Shown here: one piece after another, positions 10,860 to 27,278 of the stretch
Layout of the letters: the number at the start of each line of letters is the position of its first letter
How positions within the stretch are numbered: position 1 is the first letter of the stretch
Assembly (NCBI GenBank): GCA_963778955.1
Contig: CAVZWI010000001.1
Coordinates: 562,383 to 626,382 of the forward strand
DNA length: 64,000 bases
Direction of reading: 5' to 3'
DNA from: an uncultured Chloroflexia bacterium
GTDB taxonomy: Bacteria > Chloroflexota > Limnocylindria > Limnocylindrales > CSP1-4
Position numbers and translations under genes: made by a program
The notes under the pieces: model-generated
Told to the model about the DNA's origin: nothing
Seen by the model: only the letters and a program-made list of their open reading frames with translations
Database searches by the model: none

Positions 10860-12002
10860 TCAGGTCGATCGTGAGCGACGCATCGCCAGCGATTCGAGGA
10901 TTCCGAGGCCGAGCGCGGCACTGATGAGGGATGCTCCGCCGTGGGTCACGAACGGCAGCGGGAGGCCGGTGATGGGCATCACGCCAAGGACCATCCCGAT
11001 GTTGACCACCATCTGGAAGAGCAGCATGCTCGCGACACCACCCGCGAAGGCCAGGGTGAATGTGTCGCCGGAGCGCCAGCCCACGTGGAGCACCCGCCAC
11101 ACCAGCAGTGCGAACAGCACCAGCACGACCGCTCCGCCGAGGAAGCCCAGTTCTTCGCCGACCCGGGCGAAGACGAAGTCGGTCGATCCCACGGGCAGGC
11201 TCTGGCCGGCCTGGCCGTTGGTCAGACCACGGCCGAAGAGGCCACCTGAGCTCACCGTGAGCTGGGATTGCTGCAGCTGGTAGCCCGAGCCCAGCGGGTC
11301 GGCCGCGGGATCGATGAACGAGCTCAGCCGCTGCTTCTGGTAGTCGCGCAGGATGACCTGCCATGCCAGCGGCACCAGGGCCATCACTCCCAGGACGGTG
11401 ACGCTGAGCCAGCGCAGGCTGGCGCCGGACATGAACAACGCGCCCAGCATGATGGCGCCGAACACGAGCGAGGTCCCAAGGTCGGGCTGGACCAGGACCA
11501 GCGCCAACATGGGCAAGACCACCAGGCCCGCACCGATGAGCGTACGGGCACTCGAGATGCTCGACTCACGTGTGGCCAGATAGTGGGCCAGCACCACCGC
11601 CAGCAGGATCTTGCTGACCTCCGAGAACTGGAACTGCAGGCCGAAGATGGAGACCCAGCGCGAGACGCCACCGGTGCCGCTGCCAACCACCAGCGTGAAC
11701 AACAGCAGGGCGATGCTGAAGCCATAGATCGGCCACGCGAACGTGCGAAGCCAGTGGTGGTCGGCAGCGGCGGTGGCTACGAAGATGATCACCGCTAGCG
11801 CGAGCCAGATCAGGCCGCGTGTGAAGATGGAACCCGGGCGCAGGGGGTCGTCGGCCGAGTTGGTGAACGCCATCAGCAGGCCCACCACGGTGAGCGAGAG
11901 CGCGAAGATCGCCAGTTGCAGGTCGAACCCGTACCAACGACCCTCGCCCTCGCGGGCGGTCAAGGTACCGACACGTGCTGGTTCGAGTCGAAGCGTGCTC
12001 AT
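10860..12002 (-). CDS. rodA: FtsW/RodA/SpoVE-family peptidoglycan glycosyltransferase (RodA by context)
   Basis: 380 aa polytopic protein with a C-terminal ...GVMPITGLPLPFVTHGGASL motif. The ATGA overlaps the mrdA stop. Confidence 0.85.
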   Translation of the reverse strand: MSTLRLEPARVGTLTAREGEGRWYGFDLQLAIFALSLTVVGLLMAFTNSADDPLRPGSIFTRGLIWLALAVIIFVATAAADHHWLRTFAWPIYGFSIALLLFTLVVGSGTGGVSRWVSIFGLQFQFSEVSKILLAVVLAHYLATRESSISSARTLIGAGLVVLPMLALVLVQPDLGTSLVFGAIMLGALFMSGASLRWLSVTVLGVMALVPLAWQVILRDYQKQRLSSFIDPAADPLGSGYQLQQSQLTVSSGGLFGRGLTNGQAGQSLPVGSTDFVFARVGEELGFLGGAVVLVLFALLVWRVLHVGWRSGDTFTLAFAGGVASMLLFQMVVNIGMVLGVMPITGLPLPFVTHGGASLISAALGLGILESLAMRRSRST

Positions 12003-13936
12003 CAGCTGTTCAAGTCGTAGAAGTTGTCACGCTGGAGGACCCAGTACTGGCGAAGGTCGTTGGCGATCCCGAAGTGGAGCTGCAGGAAGTACTTCACGAC
12101 CTCGGTCGCGACGTTGCCCTTGGTGCGCGTGTCGTCAAGATAGGCGAGCACCACCAGGTCGGAGTCCTCACGCTTGACAGCGGCGATGCCGTTGGGGTCA
12201 GACTCGGTCTTGCGCGCCTCCTTGGGCACGAACGCCACGAACCAGTTGCTGAAGGGCAGCCGGCCCTGCTTGTCGCGGACGCCGAACTCGGCCGTGCCTG
12301 ACTTGCCGGCCACCACGATGGGCAGGTCCACCAGGTTGTAAGTGTGCCGGATGGTGACGACGCGGCGGGCTGCCACACGCATCGTGCGCAGCACCGACTT
12401 GTCCACGTCCATCTGGCGAACCACCTCCGGCGGCACGCGTTCGATGATCTTGCCCTCCGGGTCAAGGATCTTGCGCACGAGTTGCGGCTTGTAGATGGTG
12501 CCGCCGTTGGCCAATGCCGCATAGGCGTTCAGCATCTGCAGGGGCGTGCTGCTGTCGTAGCCCTGGCCGATGCCCGCCTGGTAGAGCTCGCCGGTGAAGT
12601 ACTGCTCGTTGAGGGTGCGCTCCTTCCACTCGTTGGTGGGTACGATCCCGGCGGCCTCACCTGGCAGATCGATGCCGGTGGGCTTGCCGAAGCCGAACTG
12701 GTGCGCCCAGTACGCCAGTCGATCGATCCCCAGCATGCCCGAAAGCTTGTAGAAGAAGGTATCGCTGGAGTGCCCGAAGCCGTCATAGATGTTGAGTGGC
12801 CCCCAGCCCTGCCTGTTCCAGTCCCAGTACTTCCACTTGCCGATCTCGATGAAGGGCTCGGTCTTCACACGTGAGGCGGTGCTGATCTTGCCGTCTGCCA
12901 ACGCGCCCGTGCCGGTGACGAGCTTGTAGGTCGAGCCGGGCGGATATTGCTCGTTGATAGCGACGTTGAGCATGGGCTTGGCCGGATCCTTGAGCAGCCG
13001 CCGGTATCGCGCGCTGGAGATGCCCTGGGCGAACTCGTTGTTGTCATAGCTGGGCAGGGACACCATGGCCAGGATCTCACCGTTCTGTGGGTTCATGGCG
13101 ATGAATGCGCCGCGCTTGATGCCCACTCGGTCCATGGCCCACTTGATGGCCTTCTCGGCATCCTTCTGGACACCCGTGTCGATGGTCAGCTCGAGTGAGT
13201 TGCCCGGCACCGGCTCACGCAGGACCTTCGGGGCGTGGATCTCGTTGCCCTGGTTGTCCAGGTCGACCGCTTCGAGCCCATAGGTTCCACGGAGCACGTC
13301 TTCGTAGGTGGCCTCCAGGCCGGCCTTGCCCAAGAGGTCTTCGGGGTAGTAGCCGGCGTCCTTGAGACGCTGGTACTCCGGCCCCGAGATGCGCCCGGTC
13401 CAGCCGAGCACGTGCGACATGAGCTTGCCCTGCGAATACAGGCGTCGCGCTTCGAGGTCGACCTGGACCCCGGGGAACTGGCCCGGATCCTCGGCGATGA
13501 CGCGGGCGGTCTCGGTGGAGATGTCCGTGATGCGCACGAGTTCGTACTGGGAACCGGTATGCGAATCGAGACGCTCGATGATGGTGCGGGCCGGGATATC
13601 GGTGAGTCGCGAGATACGCTCGGCTACGTCTGGGCGTAACTCGAATGGCATATCGGCTGGCAGGATACGCAGCACGAAGGTGGGCACGTTCTCCACCAGC
13701 AGACGCCCCTTACGGTCATACATCAGGCCGCGCGAGACGGGGATCGGACGTTCGGTCGTCGATTGCTGCTCGGCGTAGACCCCGTAGCTGGAGCCTTGCG
13801 CCACCTGCAGTTGGAAGAGGCGCAGGCCAAGGCCGGCCACGGCCAGGATGATGACCACGCCAAAGGCGATGAACCGGGGCGCCAGGTCGCGTCTAGATGG
13901 GCTCGCGTCACCGACTCTGATGGTCTCGCTCGTCAT
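12002..13936 (-). CDS. mrdA: penicillin-binding protein 2 (class B transpeptidase)
   Basis: ORF 12002..13987. The likely start ATG 13936 (MTSETIRV) lies just after the mreD stop. STYK (PPGSTYKLVTG) and KSGTA motifs are present. Confidence 0.9.
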   Translation of the reverse strand: MTSETIRVGDASPSRRDLAPRFIAFGVVIILAVAGLGLRLFQLQVAQGSSYGVYAEQQSTTERPIPVSRGLMYDRKGRLLVENVPTFVLRILPADMPFELRPDVAERISRLTDIPARTIIERLDSHTGSQYELVRITDISTETARVIAEDPGQFPGVQVDLEARRLYSQGKLMSHVLGWTGRISGPEYQRLKDAGYYPEDLLGKAGLEATYEDVLRGTYGLEAVDLDNQGNEIHAPKVLREPVPGNSLELTIDTGVQKDAEKAIKWAMDRVGIKRGAFIAMNPQNGEILAMVSLPSYDNNEFAQGISSARYRRLLKDPAKPMLNVAINEQYPPGSTYKLVTGTGALADGKISTASRVKTEPFIEIGKWKYWDWNRQGWGPLNIYDGFGHSSDTFFYKLSGMLGIDRLAYWAHQFGFGKPTGIDLPGEAAGIVPTNEWKERTLNEQYFTGELYQAGIGQGYDSSTPLQMLNAYAALANGGTIYKPQLVRKILDPEGKIIERVPPEVVRQMDVDKSVLRTMRVAARRVVTIRHTYNLVDLPIVVAGKSGTAEFGVRDKQGRLPFSNWFVAFVPKEARKTESDPNGIAAVKREDSDLVVLAYLDDTRTKGNVATEVVKYFLQLHFGIANDLRQYWVLQRDNFYDLNS

Positions 13937-13940
13937 GCCC

Positions 13941-14453
13941 TCACCATGCCAATCGCTCCGGTTCACCGAAGCGCAGGTCCAGGGCACGGATGACCACGAC
14001 CGCGATGACGGCGATGGCGGCGTTGATCAGTCCGCCCAGGACCAAGTCAGCCAGAGACAAGCCGCTGAAGGCCGCTCCGCTGGTGGCATCGACCAACGCC
14101 AGCAGGGCGACCAGCACGACCTGGTATGCGAACGTCAACAGGAAGGTCGCCAGGCCGACGACTACCAGCCGAGGCGGCCACAGCGCGCGTGCCACGGCAA
14201 GGGCTGCCCCAGTGACCAGCACCAGCGTCAGGGCCGTGGATCCCAGGGCCCGGCCGGGTACGAGCAGATCGAGGGTGACGCCCCCGACGAAGACCCAGGT
14301 CATCCCGCTCGCGAAGCCGAGCGACATCGCCAGCGCGACACCCACGGCAAACACGAGGTCGGGCTTGACGCCGCCCACCTGGAGGTGGGTCAGCACGCTC
14401 GACTCCAAGATGGCAGCGAGGACGGCTCCCACGGCAGGAGCCAGAACGCTCAT
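13941..14453 (-). CDS. mreD: rod shape-determining protein MreD-like membrane protein
   Basis: ORF 13941..14627; the plausible start is ATG 14453 (MSVLAPAVGAVLAAILESSVL...). About 170 aa, 5 hydrophobic helices, immediately upstream of mrdA-rodA. Confidence 0.65.
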   Translation of the reverse strand: MSVLAPAVGAVLAAILESSVLTHLQVGGVKPDLVFAVGVALAMSLGFASGMTWVFVGGVTLDLLVPGRALGSTALTLVLVTGAALAVARALWPPRLVVVGLATFLLTFAYQVVLVALLALVDATSGAAFSGLSLADLVLGGLINAAIAVIAVVVIRALDLRFGEPERLAW

Positions 14454-14558
14454 CGCAGTACGTCGATAACGGTATGGTTTCCACGGCTTTGGTGTCGCCC
14501 GCGAGTCGCCCCTCGCGCAGTAGCGCCACGAACTTCGAGTATAGCCGAGCTCCAAAGC

Positions 14559-14594
14559 GGTCCCCGTGACATGCCCGGTCCCCGTGACATGCCC
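14559..14594. repeat. perfect 2 x 18-bp tandem repeat (ggtccccgtgacatgccc) upstream of mreD
   Basis: Read directly from the sequence; it is intergenic. Confidence 0.85.
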
Positions 14595-14720
14595 CTCCCC
14601 TGCCCAAGGTCCATCCGCTGGACGCACCGCGTGCCATGCTCATTCGTGCGCCTCGCTGTCGTGTGTATCTCCGGACTGCCAGATAGCTCCTGCCGAGCCC
14701 GGGACGGCGGAGGGGTTGCG

Positions 14721-14736
14721 TGTTCCACGTGAAACA
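14721..14736. promoter_or_regulatory. parS: parS centromere-like site, perfect TGTTCCACGTGAAACA
   Basis: Exact match to the 16-bp palindromic Spo0J/ParB binding consensus (tGTTnCACGTGAAACa), about 450 bp upstream of parA. Confidence 0.85.
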
Positions 14737-14842
14737 CTCGCGGTCCTGCGACGTTACGCCCACCACCGCCCTCCCCTACCCGCAGCGGAACGACCACATC
14801 ATGAAACAGTCGCAATCAAGGTAGAGGCTTGGACCACGTGCA

Positions 14843-14858
14843 CGTTCCACGTGAAACA
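14843..14858. promoter_or_regulatory. parS: second parS site, CGTTCCACGTGAAACA (1 mismatch)
   Basis: 15/16 identical to the first site and 122 bp downstream of it. Confidence 0.8.
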
Positions 14859-14932
14859 CCGATGGCAGCAACGGTGAGCCCTGCCTGGAACGACCATGCC
14901 ACCGGGACGGCACGTGTGGCCGACTCGGCGCG

Positions 14933-15103
14933 TGAGGACAACTTGTGGCGTGTGGACAACTTGGGGATATGTGAGCACACAACACGGACCAAGGCATGCC
15001 AGACATGATCGAGGTTGACTGGAACGACCAGGCGCCGAACGTAGCCGTCGAGGTCTCGGCGCTGAAAGCCGGCGTGGTCGACCACAACCCACTCGGTGGA
15101 CAA
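14933..15103. promoter_or_regulatory. cluster of three DnaA-box-like 9-mers (TGAGGACAA, TGTGGACAA, GGTGGACAA)
   Basis: The sites are at 14933-14941, 14951-14959 and 15095-15103. TGTGGACAA is the reverse complement of TTGTCCACA, the high-GC DnaA-box variant. All three share the extended motif GGACAAC[T/G]TG. Confidence 0.45.
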
Positions 15104-15179
15104 CGTGGTGCACCGAAGCACCGGCGGCTGCCTGGAGGTAGAATCAAACGCAGTGTGTAGCGATCGGCGCGGAGCCTAA

Positions 15180-16018
15180 GTGGGCGAGATCATCGCCTGT
15201 GCCAACCAGAAGGGCGGAGTCGGGAAGACCACGACAGTGGTCAGCTTGGCTTCGTACTTGGCGTTGGACGGGAAGCGCGTCCTGCTCGTCGACATGGACC
15301 CGCAGGGCAATGCGACCAGTGGTCTCGGCATCGACAAGGAGGCGATACAAGTCTCCGTCTACGATCTCCTGCTTGGAGAAACCAGCCTGCGCGAAGCTGT
15401 GGCACCCACAGGGATCGATCGCCTTGAAGTAATCCCATCGCACCGCGGCCTCGCAGGTGCCGAAGTGGAGTTGGTATCCGTCGCCAGTCGCGAACGTCGC
15501 TTGAAGCACGCGCTGAACGGATCAGGGGATGACTACGACTTCGTGTTCCTGGACTGTCCGCCCTCACTTGGCCTGCTTACCGTGAATGCACTGACCGCGG
15601 CTGATGGCGTGCTGATACCTCTGCAGTGTGAGTACTACGCACTCGAGGGACTGGGGCAACTGATGGCGACGATCGAGCTCATCCGTGACCACCTGAACCC
15701 ACGCCTGGCGGTGAAGGGCGTGCTGCTCACGATGCACGATGGTCGCACCAGCCTGTCGGCTGATGTCACGGCCGAAGTTCGTAGACACCTTGGCCGACAA
15801 GTCTTCGATACGGTGGTGCCCAGGAGCGTGAGGCTCGCAGAGGCGCCGAGCTATGGCCAACCGATCGCGGCGTATAGTCCTGGCTCGCGAGGTGCCCTCG
15901 CGTATCAGGCCGTTGCTGAGGAACTGCTGAATCGAGGCGGGCAGGAGGTGGGGGAGCCACTAAGTGGAGCACGGGATCGGTACCAAGGCCCACGCGCGAG
16001 CCAGCAAGAGGAGGGAGG

Positions 16019-16022
<4 letters not shown>
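15180..16022 (+). CDS. parA: chromosome partitioning ATPase ParA/Soj
   Basis: 280 aa, GTG start. Deviant Walker A motif NQKGGVGKTTT, then LLVDMDPQGNAT. Confidence 0.9.
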
Positions 16023-19837
<3,815 letters not shown>

Positions 19838-19841
<4 letters not shown>

Positions 19842-22405
19842 CCGACCCGGTCGGAAACGTGCGCTCGGTCCCCATCGAGGAGGAGCTGAAGTCGGCCTAT
19901 CTCGATTACGCCATGAGCGTGATCGTCAGCCGCGCCCTGCCCGATGTGCGTGACGGCCTGAAGCCGGTCCATCGCCGCATCCTGTACACGATGAGCGAGA
20001 TGGGGCTTTCCTCGAGCGCCTCATACCGCAAGTGCGCCGCCATCGTCGGTGATGTCATGGGCAAGTACCACCCCCATGGCGACCAGGCCATCTACGACGC
20101 GCTGGTGCGCCTGGCGCAGGAGTTCTCGCTGCGCTTCCCGCTCATCGATGGACAGGGGAACTTCGGCTCGGTGGACGGCGACCCGGCCGCCGCCATGCGC
20201 TACACCGAAGCCCGCATGACGCCGATCGCAGCGGAGGTCCTGTCGGACATCGACAAGGACACCGTCGATTTCGTCGAGAACTACGACGGCACGCGCATGC
20301 AGCCGTCGGTGCTGCCGGCCAAGCTGCCCAACCTGCTCATCAACGGATCGGCCGGTATCGCCGTCGGCATGGCCACCAACATCCCACCGCACAACCTGGG
20401 CGAAGTCGTCCGTGCCACGCAGGCGCTCATCGACGACCCGGACATGAACACGGATCAACTGTGCGAGCACCTGATGGGCCCGGACCTGCCCACCGGCGGC
20501 ATCATCTTCCGCTACGACCGTCGGCGCAACCCGGTCACCGGCGAGTGGGAAGAGATCGACGCCATCCGTGACATGTATCGCCACGGTCGTGGCCGTGTCG
20601 TGATGCAGGCGCAAGTGGCCTTCGAGGAGACCCGCGCGGGCCGCACCGCAATCGTGGCCACGGCCATCCCGTACCAGGTCAACAAGTCCACGCTGCTGGA
20701 GAAGATCGCCGACCTGGTCAAGACCGGCAAGATCGACGGCATCGCCGACCTGCGCGACGAGTCGGACCGCGACGGGATGCGCATCGTCGTCGAGTGCAAG
20801 AAGGACGCGGCACCACGCAAGGTGCTCAACAACCTCTTCAAGCACACCGCCCTGAAGATGGCCTTCAACGCCAACGTGGTGGCGCTGGTGGACGGACAGC
20901 CCCAGACGCTGTCGCTCAAGCAACTCCTGCACCACCACATCGAATGGCGGCGTGAGGTCGTTCGACGGCGCACCGAGTTCGACCTGCAGAAAGCCAGGGA
21001 TCGCGCGCACATATTGGAGGGCCTGAAGACCGCGCTCGACAATCTCGACGCCGTCATCGCCACCATCCGTGAATCGGCCGACGTGGAGACGGCTCGCGGG
21101 AACCTGATGTCTCGGTTCAGCCTCTCCGAGATCCAGGCCAATGCCATCCTGGAGATGCAGCTTCGCCGCCTGGCGGCGCTGGAGCGCCAAAAGATCGAGG
21201 ACGAGTACATCGCCATCATCCAGCGCATCGCCGAGTTGGAGGACATCCTCGCCAATCCCAAGCGGGTGCTGCAGATCATCCGCGACGAACTGGGCGAACT
21301 GGACGTCAAGTACGGACAGGACCGGCGCACCAGGATCGAGGGCAGCGCTGACAAGGAGCTCAGCGACGATGACCTCATCGCCGACGAGGACGTCGTCGTC
21401 ACGGTCAGCCGGCGTGGCTACATCAAGCGGCAGCCGCTGGTGACCTATCGGCGCCAGGCACGAGGGGGCAAGGGCATCATCGGTGCCCGCACCGTGGAGG
21501 AGGACGCCGTCGGCCATCTGATCGTGGCCAACACGCACGACTGGGCCCTGTTCTTCACCGACCGTGGACGGGTCTTCAGCTCCAAGGTCCACGCCGTCCC
21601 GGATGCCAGCCGCCAGGCCAAGGGCATGCCCATCATCAACCTGGAGGGTGTGCAGGTGGAATTGGGCGAGCGCGTGCTGGCCGTGATCACCCTGCCCGAC
21701 TTCGAGCCCGGCCACAACCTGGTCATGGCCACCGTCAACGGCATCGTCAAGAAGACCGCCATCGAGAAGTTCGAGCGCGTGCGCTCGACGGGCATCCGTG
21801 CCATCACCGTCGCCGACGACGACAAGCTGGCCTGGGTCGAGGTCTCGTCGGGCAGCGATGACATCCTGTTGGCGACCGCCATGGGACGCATCGCGCGCTT
21901 CAACGAGTCCGAAGTCCGTGCCATGGGCCGTGACGCCGCCGGCGTCATCGGTATCCGCCTTGCCCGTAAGGGTGACCGCGTCGTGGGCATGGGTGTCATC
22001 AGCGAGGGCAATGACATCCTGGTGCTGACCGAGACGGGCTACGGCAAGCGGGTGGCCAGCAGTGAGTTCCGCTCCAAACACCGCGGTGGCCAGGGCGTAC
22101 GCCTGATCTCGCTGGAGGGAACCAAGAGCGGGGTGGTGGCCTCGGTCGAGCTCGTCGACGAGAGCGACGAGGAGTTGCTGCTCATCTCGTCAAGCGGCCA
22201 GGTCGTGCGCACCGACGTGCAGTCGATCAACCGCTACGGCAGCGCCGCACGCGGCGTCATCGTGATGCGCCTCAACCAGGGTGACACGGTGGCCGGCATC
22301 GCGGTCTTCCGCGAGGGCTTGGCGGAACAGCGTGGTGTCGGCGAGAATGATGCTGGCGAGTCCGGCGATGACGGACCGGGCGATGACGGAGCGGCGCAGG
22401 CATGA
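19838..22405 (+). CDS. gyrA: DNA gyrase subunit A
   Basis: 855 aa; [35 protein letters not shown], the active-site region [10 protein letters not shown] and C-terminal beta-pinwheel repeats. Confidence 0.95.
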
Positions 22406-22427
22406 CGGAGCAGGCGGGAGCCGGGGT

Positions 22428-23456
22428 GTGACGGCCTTCGGCGACACGGAGGCGAAGCGGCCCAATGAGGCGCTGGGCCTCTATTGCGGCAATGCCAACC
22501 CCAGGCTGGCGCGCAAGATCGGGCGCTACCTGGATGTGGACCTGGGACGCTCGGAGGTGTTCGAGTTCGCCAACGAGAACATCTTCGTGCGCATCATCGA
22601 CAACGTCCGCGAGAAGGACGTCTTCCTGGTCCAACCCACCTGCAAGCCGGTGCAGAAGTCGATCATGGAGCTGCTCATCATGATCGACGCCTTCAAGCGA
22701 GCCAGCGCCGGGCGCATCACCGCGGTGGTTCCGTACTACTCGTATGGCCGCTCGGACAAGAAGGATCAACCCCGGGTGCCCATCACGGCGCGCCTCATCG
22801 CTGACATGATCAGCGTGGCCGGGGCCGACCGGCTGCTGACCATGGACCTGCACCAGGGTCAGATCCAGGGCTTCTTCAACATCCCCGTGGATGAGCTCAC
22901 GGCCACGCACCTGCTGTCGAACTACTGGCGGCAGAAGGAGCTGCAGAACATCGTGGTGGTCACCGACCTTGGTTTCGCCAAGCGCGCTCGCACCTTCGCC
23001 GAGCTGGTGGGGGCACCGATGGCCATCATCGAGAAGCGACGCGAGGGCAACGACGACCGCGCACAGGTGGTGAACGTCATCGGTGAGGTGCGCGACAAGC
23101 GCGCCATCATCGTCGATGACGAGATCGACACCGGCGGCACCATCATCGAGACGAGCAAGGCGCTGGAGCGCGAGGGTGCCCTGGAGATCTATGGCTGCGC
23201 CACCCACGGCGTCCTGTCCGACCCCGCCATCGAACGCATCCGCGAATCGGCCCTGCGCGAGGTCGTCATCACCGACACCATCCCGCAGCCGGCCGCGCAG
23301 CGGATCGACAAGCTCAAGGTGCTCTCCGTGGCCCCGCTCATCGGTGAGGCCATCACCCGCATCCACCGGGGCGAGTCGGTGGGCGCGCTATTCTCGTCGG
23401 AGATCCAGCGCACCCAGGCGATGCTGCTCTGGGGAGAGGATGAGGACGACGAATGA
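22428..23456 (+). CDS. prs: ribose-phosphate pyrophosphokinase
   Basis: ORF 22281..23456. The start is probably GTG 22428 (alternative ATG 22383, which overlaps gyrA). Motifs: VVPYYSYGRSDKK, IIVDDEIDTGGT. Confidence 0.9.
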   Translation: MTAFGDTEAKRPNEALGLYCGNANPRLARKIGRYLDVDLGRSEVFEFANENIFVRIIDNVREKDVFLVQPTCKPVQKSIMELLIMIDAFKRASAGRITAVVPYYSYGRSDKKDQPRVPITARLIADMISVAGADRLLTMDLHQGQIQGFFNIPVDELTATHLLSNYWRQKELQNIVVVTDLGFAKRARTFAELVGAPMAIIEKRREGNDDRAQVVNVIGEVRDKRAIIVDDEIDTGGTIIETSKALEREGALEIYGCATHGVLSDPAIERIRESALREVVITDTIPQPAAQRIDKLKVLSVAPLIGEAITRIHRGESVGALFSSEIQRTQAMLLWGEDEDDE

Positions 23457-23719
23457 CTGAGCAGGCCGGGAGCGAGATCGAGGGCCAGACGGTGGTCGAG
23501 CCGTCGTCGGAGGTCGGGATCCCGGCCGTCACCGAGGTGGACGGCGACTATCGCGACAGCCTGCGTTCACGCCGCTGGAACGCCGCGCCGCTGCAGAACC
23601 CGGAGGTCGAGAAGACCGATCCCCGCATCGCGGTACTGTCGATCGTGGCCCTCGCCACCATCACGCTCGTGGTGCTGGTAGTGGGCTACGGGATCGGCCT
23701 GTGGAGCCTGCCGGCGTAG
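23453..23719 (+). CDS. hypothetical small single-pass membrane protein
   Basis: 88 aa. The ATGA overlaps the prs stop, and there is one C-terminal hydrophobic helix (IAVLSIVALATITLVVLVVGYGIGLW). No recognisable family. Confidence 0.4.
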   Translation: MTEQAGSEIEGQTVVEPSSEVGIPAVTEVDGDYRDSLRSRRWNAAPLQNPEVEKTDPRIAVLSIVALATITLVVLVVGYGIGLWSLPA

Positions 23720-23752
23720 CCGCGGCCGAGTCGTTACTTCGCCGGCGCGCTC

Positions 23753-26788
<3,036 letters not shown>

Positions 26789-27002
26789 GAGTTCCCGAAG
26801 TATAGGGCGCCGGACCGATCGGCCCCTCCGGCGCATCGATGAAGTCGATGTTCACGAATCTTCATCAACCCCTTGTGCTTTGGCAGGGTCCCTTTGTACA
26901 CTGGGTCGAAACGCCGGCGGCCACCCGCCGGCGTCGACCATATGCGGCCGTGGCAAGGAACGTGCCCTGGCTAACGGACCGACGAGGGAGAGAGAGATAT
27001 CA

Positions 27003-27251
27003 GTGAAGCCGTTTTCGGTTGAGCCCGGAGCCGAGATCGGAGATCAGTCGTTCACCGACCTGATCGCCTGCGAGCGTGACTGCAGGAACTGCAGCTATGC
27101 CGCTTGGCTGGACTGCGACGGCAACTGCGGTGAGTGCGCACACAACGGCTATTGCCCGTGCGTGAACCCCGTGGTTGCCCGCAGCAAGACCGCACTCAAG
27201 ATCATCGAGTTGCGCCCCCTGCTCCTGCAGGACCTGCGCTCTCGACGCTAG
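27003..27251 (+). CDS. hypothetical 82-aa cysteine-rich protein (8 Cys; two CX3CX2C motifs plus CPC)
   Basis: GTG 27003 is preceded by GGGAGAGAGAG. My translation is VKPFSVEPGAEIGDQSFTDLIACERDCRNCSYAAWLDCDGNCGECAHNGYCPCVNPVVARSKTALKIIELRPLLLQDLRSRR*. It is the only plausible start within ORF 26706..27251. No family recognised. Confidence 0.4.
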   Translation: MKPFSVEPGAEIGDQSFTDLIACERDCRNCSYAAWLDCDGNCGECAHNGYCPCVNPVVARSKTALKIIELRPLLLQDLRSRR

Positions 27252-27278
27252 ACACCGCCGCGAAGACCCTGACCAACG

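Noticed and set aside
8715-14594. Short tandem repeats (8715-8762, 14559-14594) as possible CRISPR arrays
   Set aside because: There are only 2-3 directly abutting 18-bp units with no spacers and no cas genes in the window.
14776-15147. 123-, 104- and 101-aa minus-strand ORFs in the mreD-parA gap
   Set aside because: They overlap one another in different frames, have junk-like composition and lack RBSs. The region is better explained by the parS sites and DnaA-box-like repeats.
20021-22081. 686-aa minus-strand ORF
   Set aside because: It is antisense to gyrA, which has unmistakable motifs. It is a shadow ORF.
27003-27251. Cys-rich ORF as a radical-SAM enzyme or a SCIFF/ranthipeptide-type RiPP precursor
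   Set aside because: At 82 aa it is too small to be a radical-SAM enzyme despite the CX3CX2C motifs. No maturase, radical-SAM or transporter gene is nearby, so a RiPP assignment is unsupported. I kept it only as a hypothetical metal-binding mini-protein.
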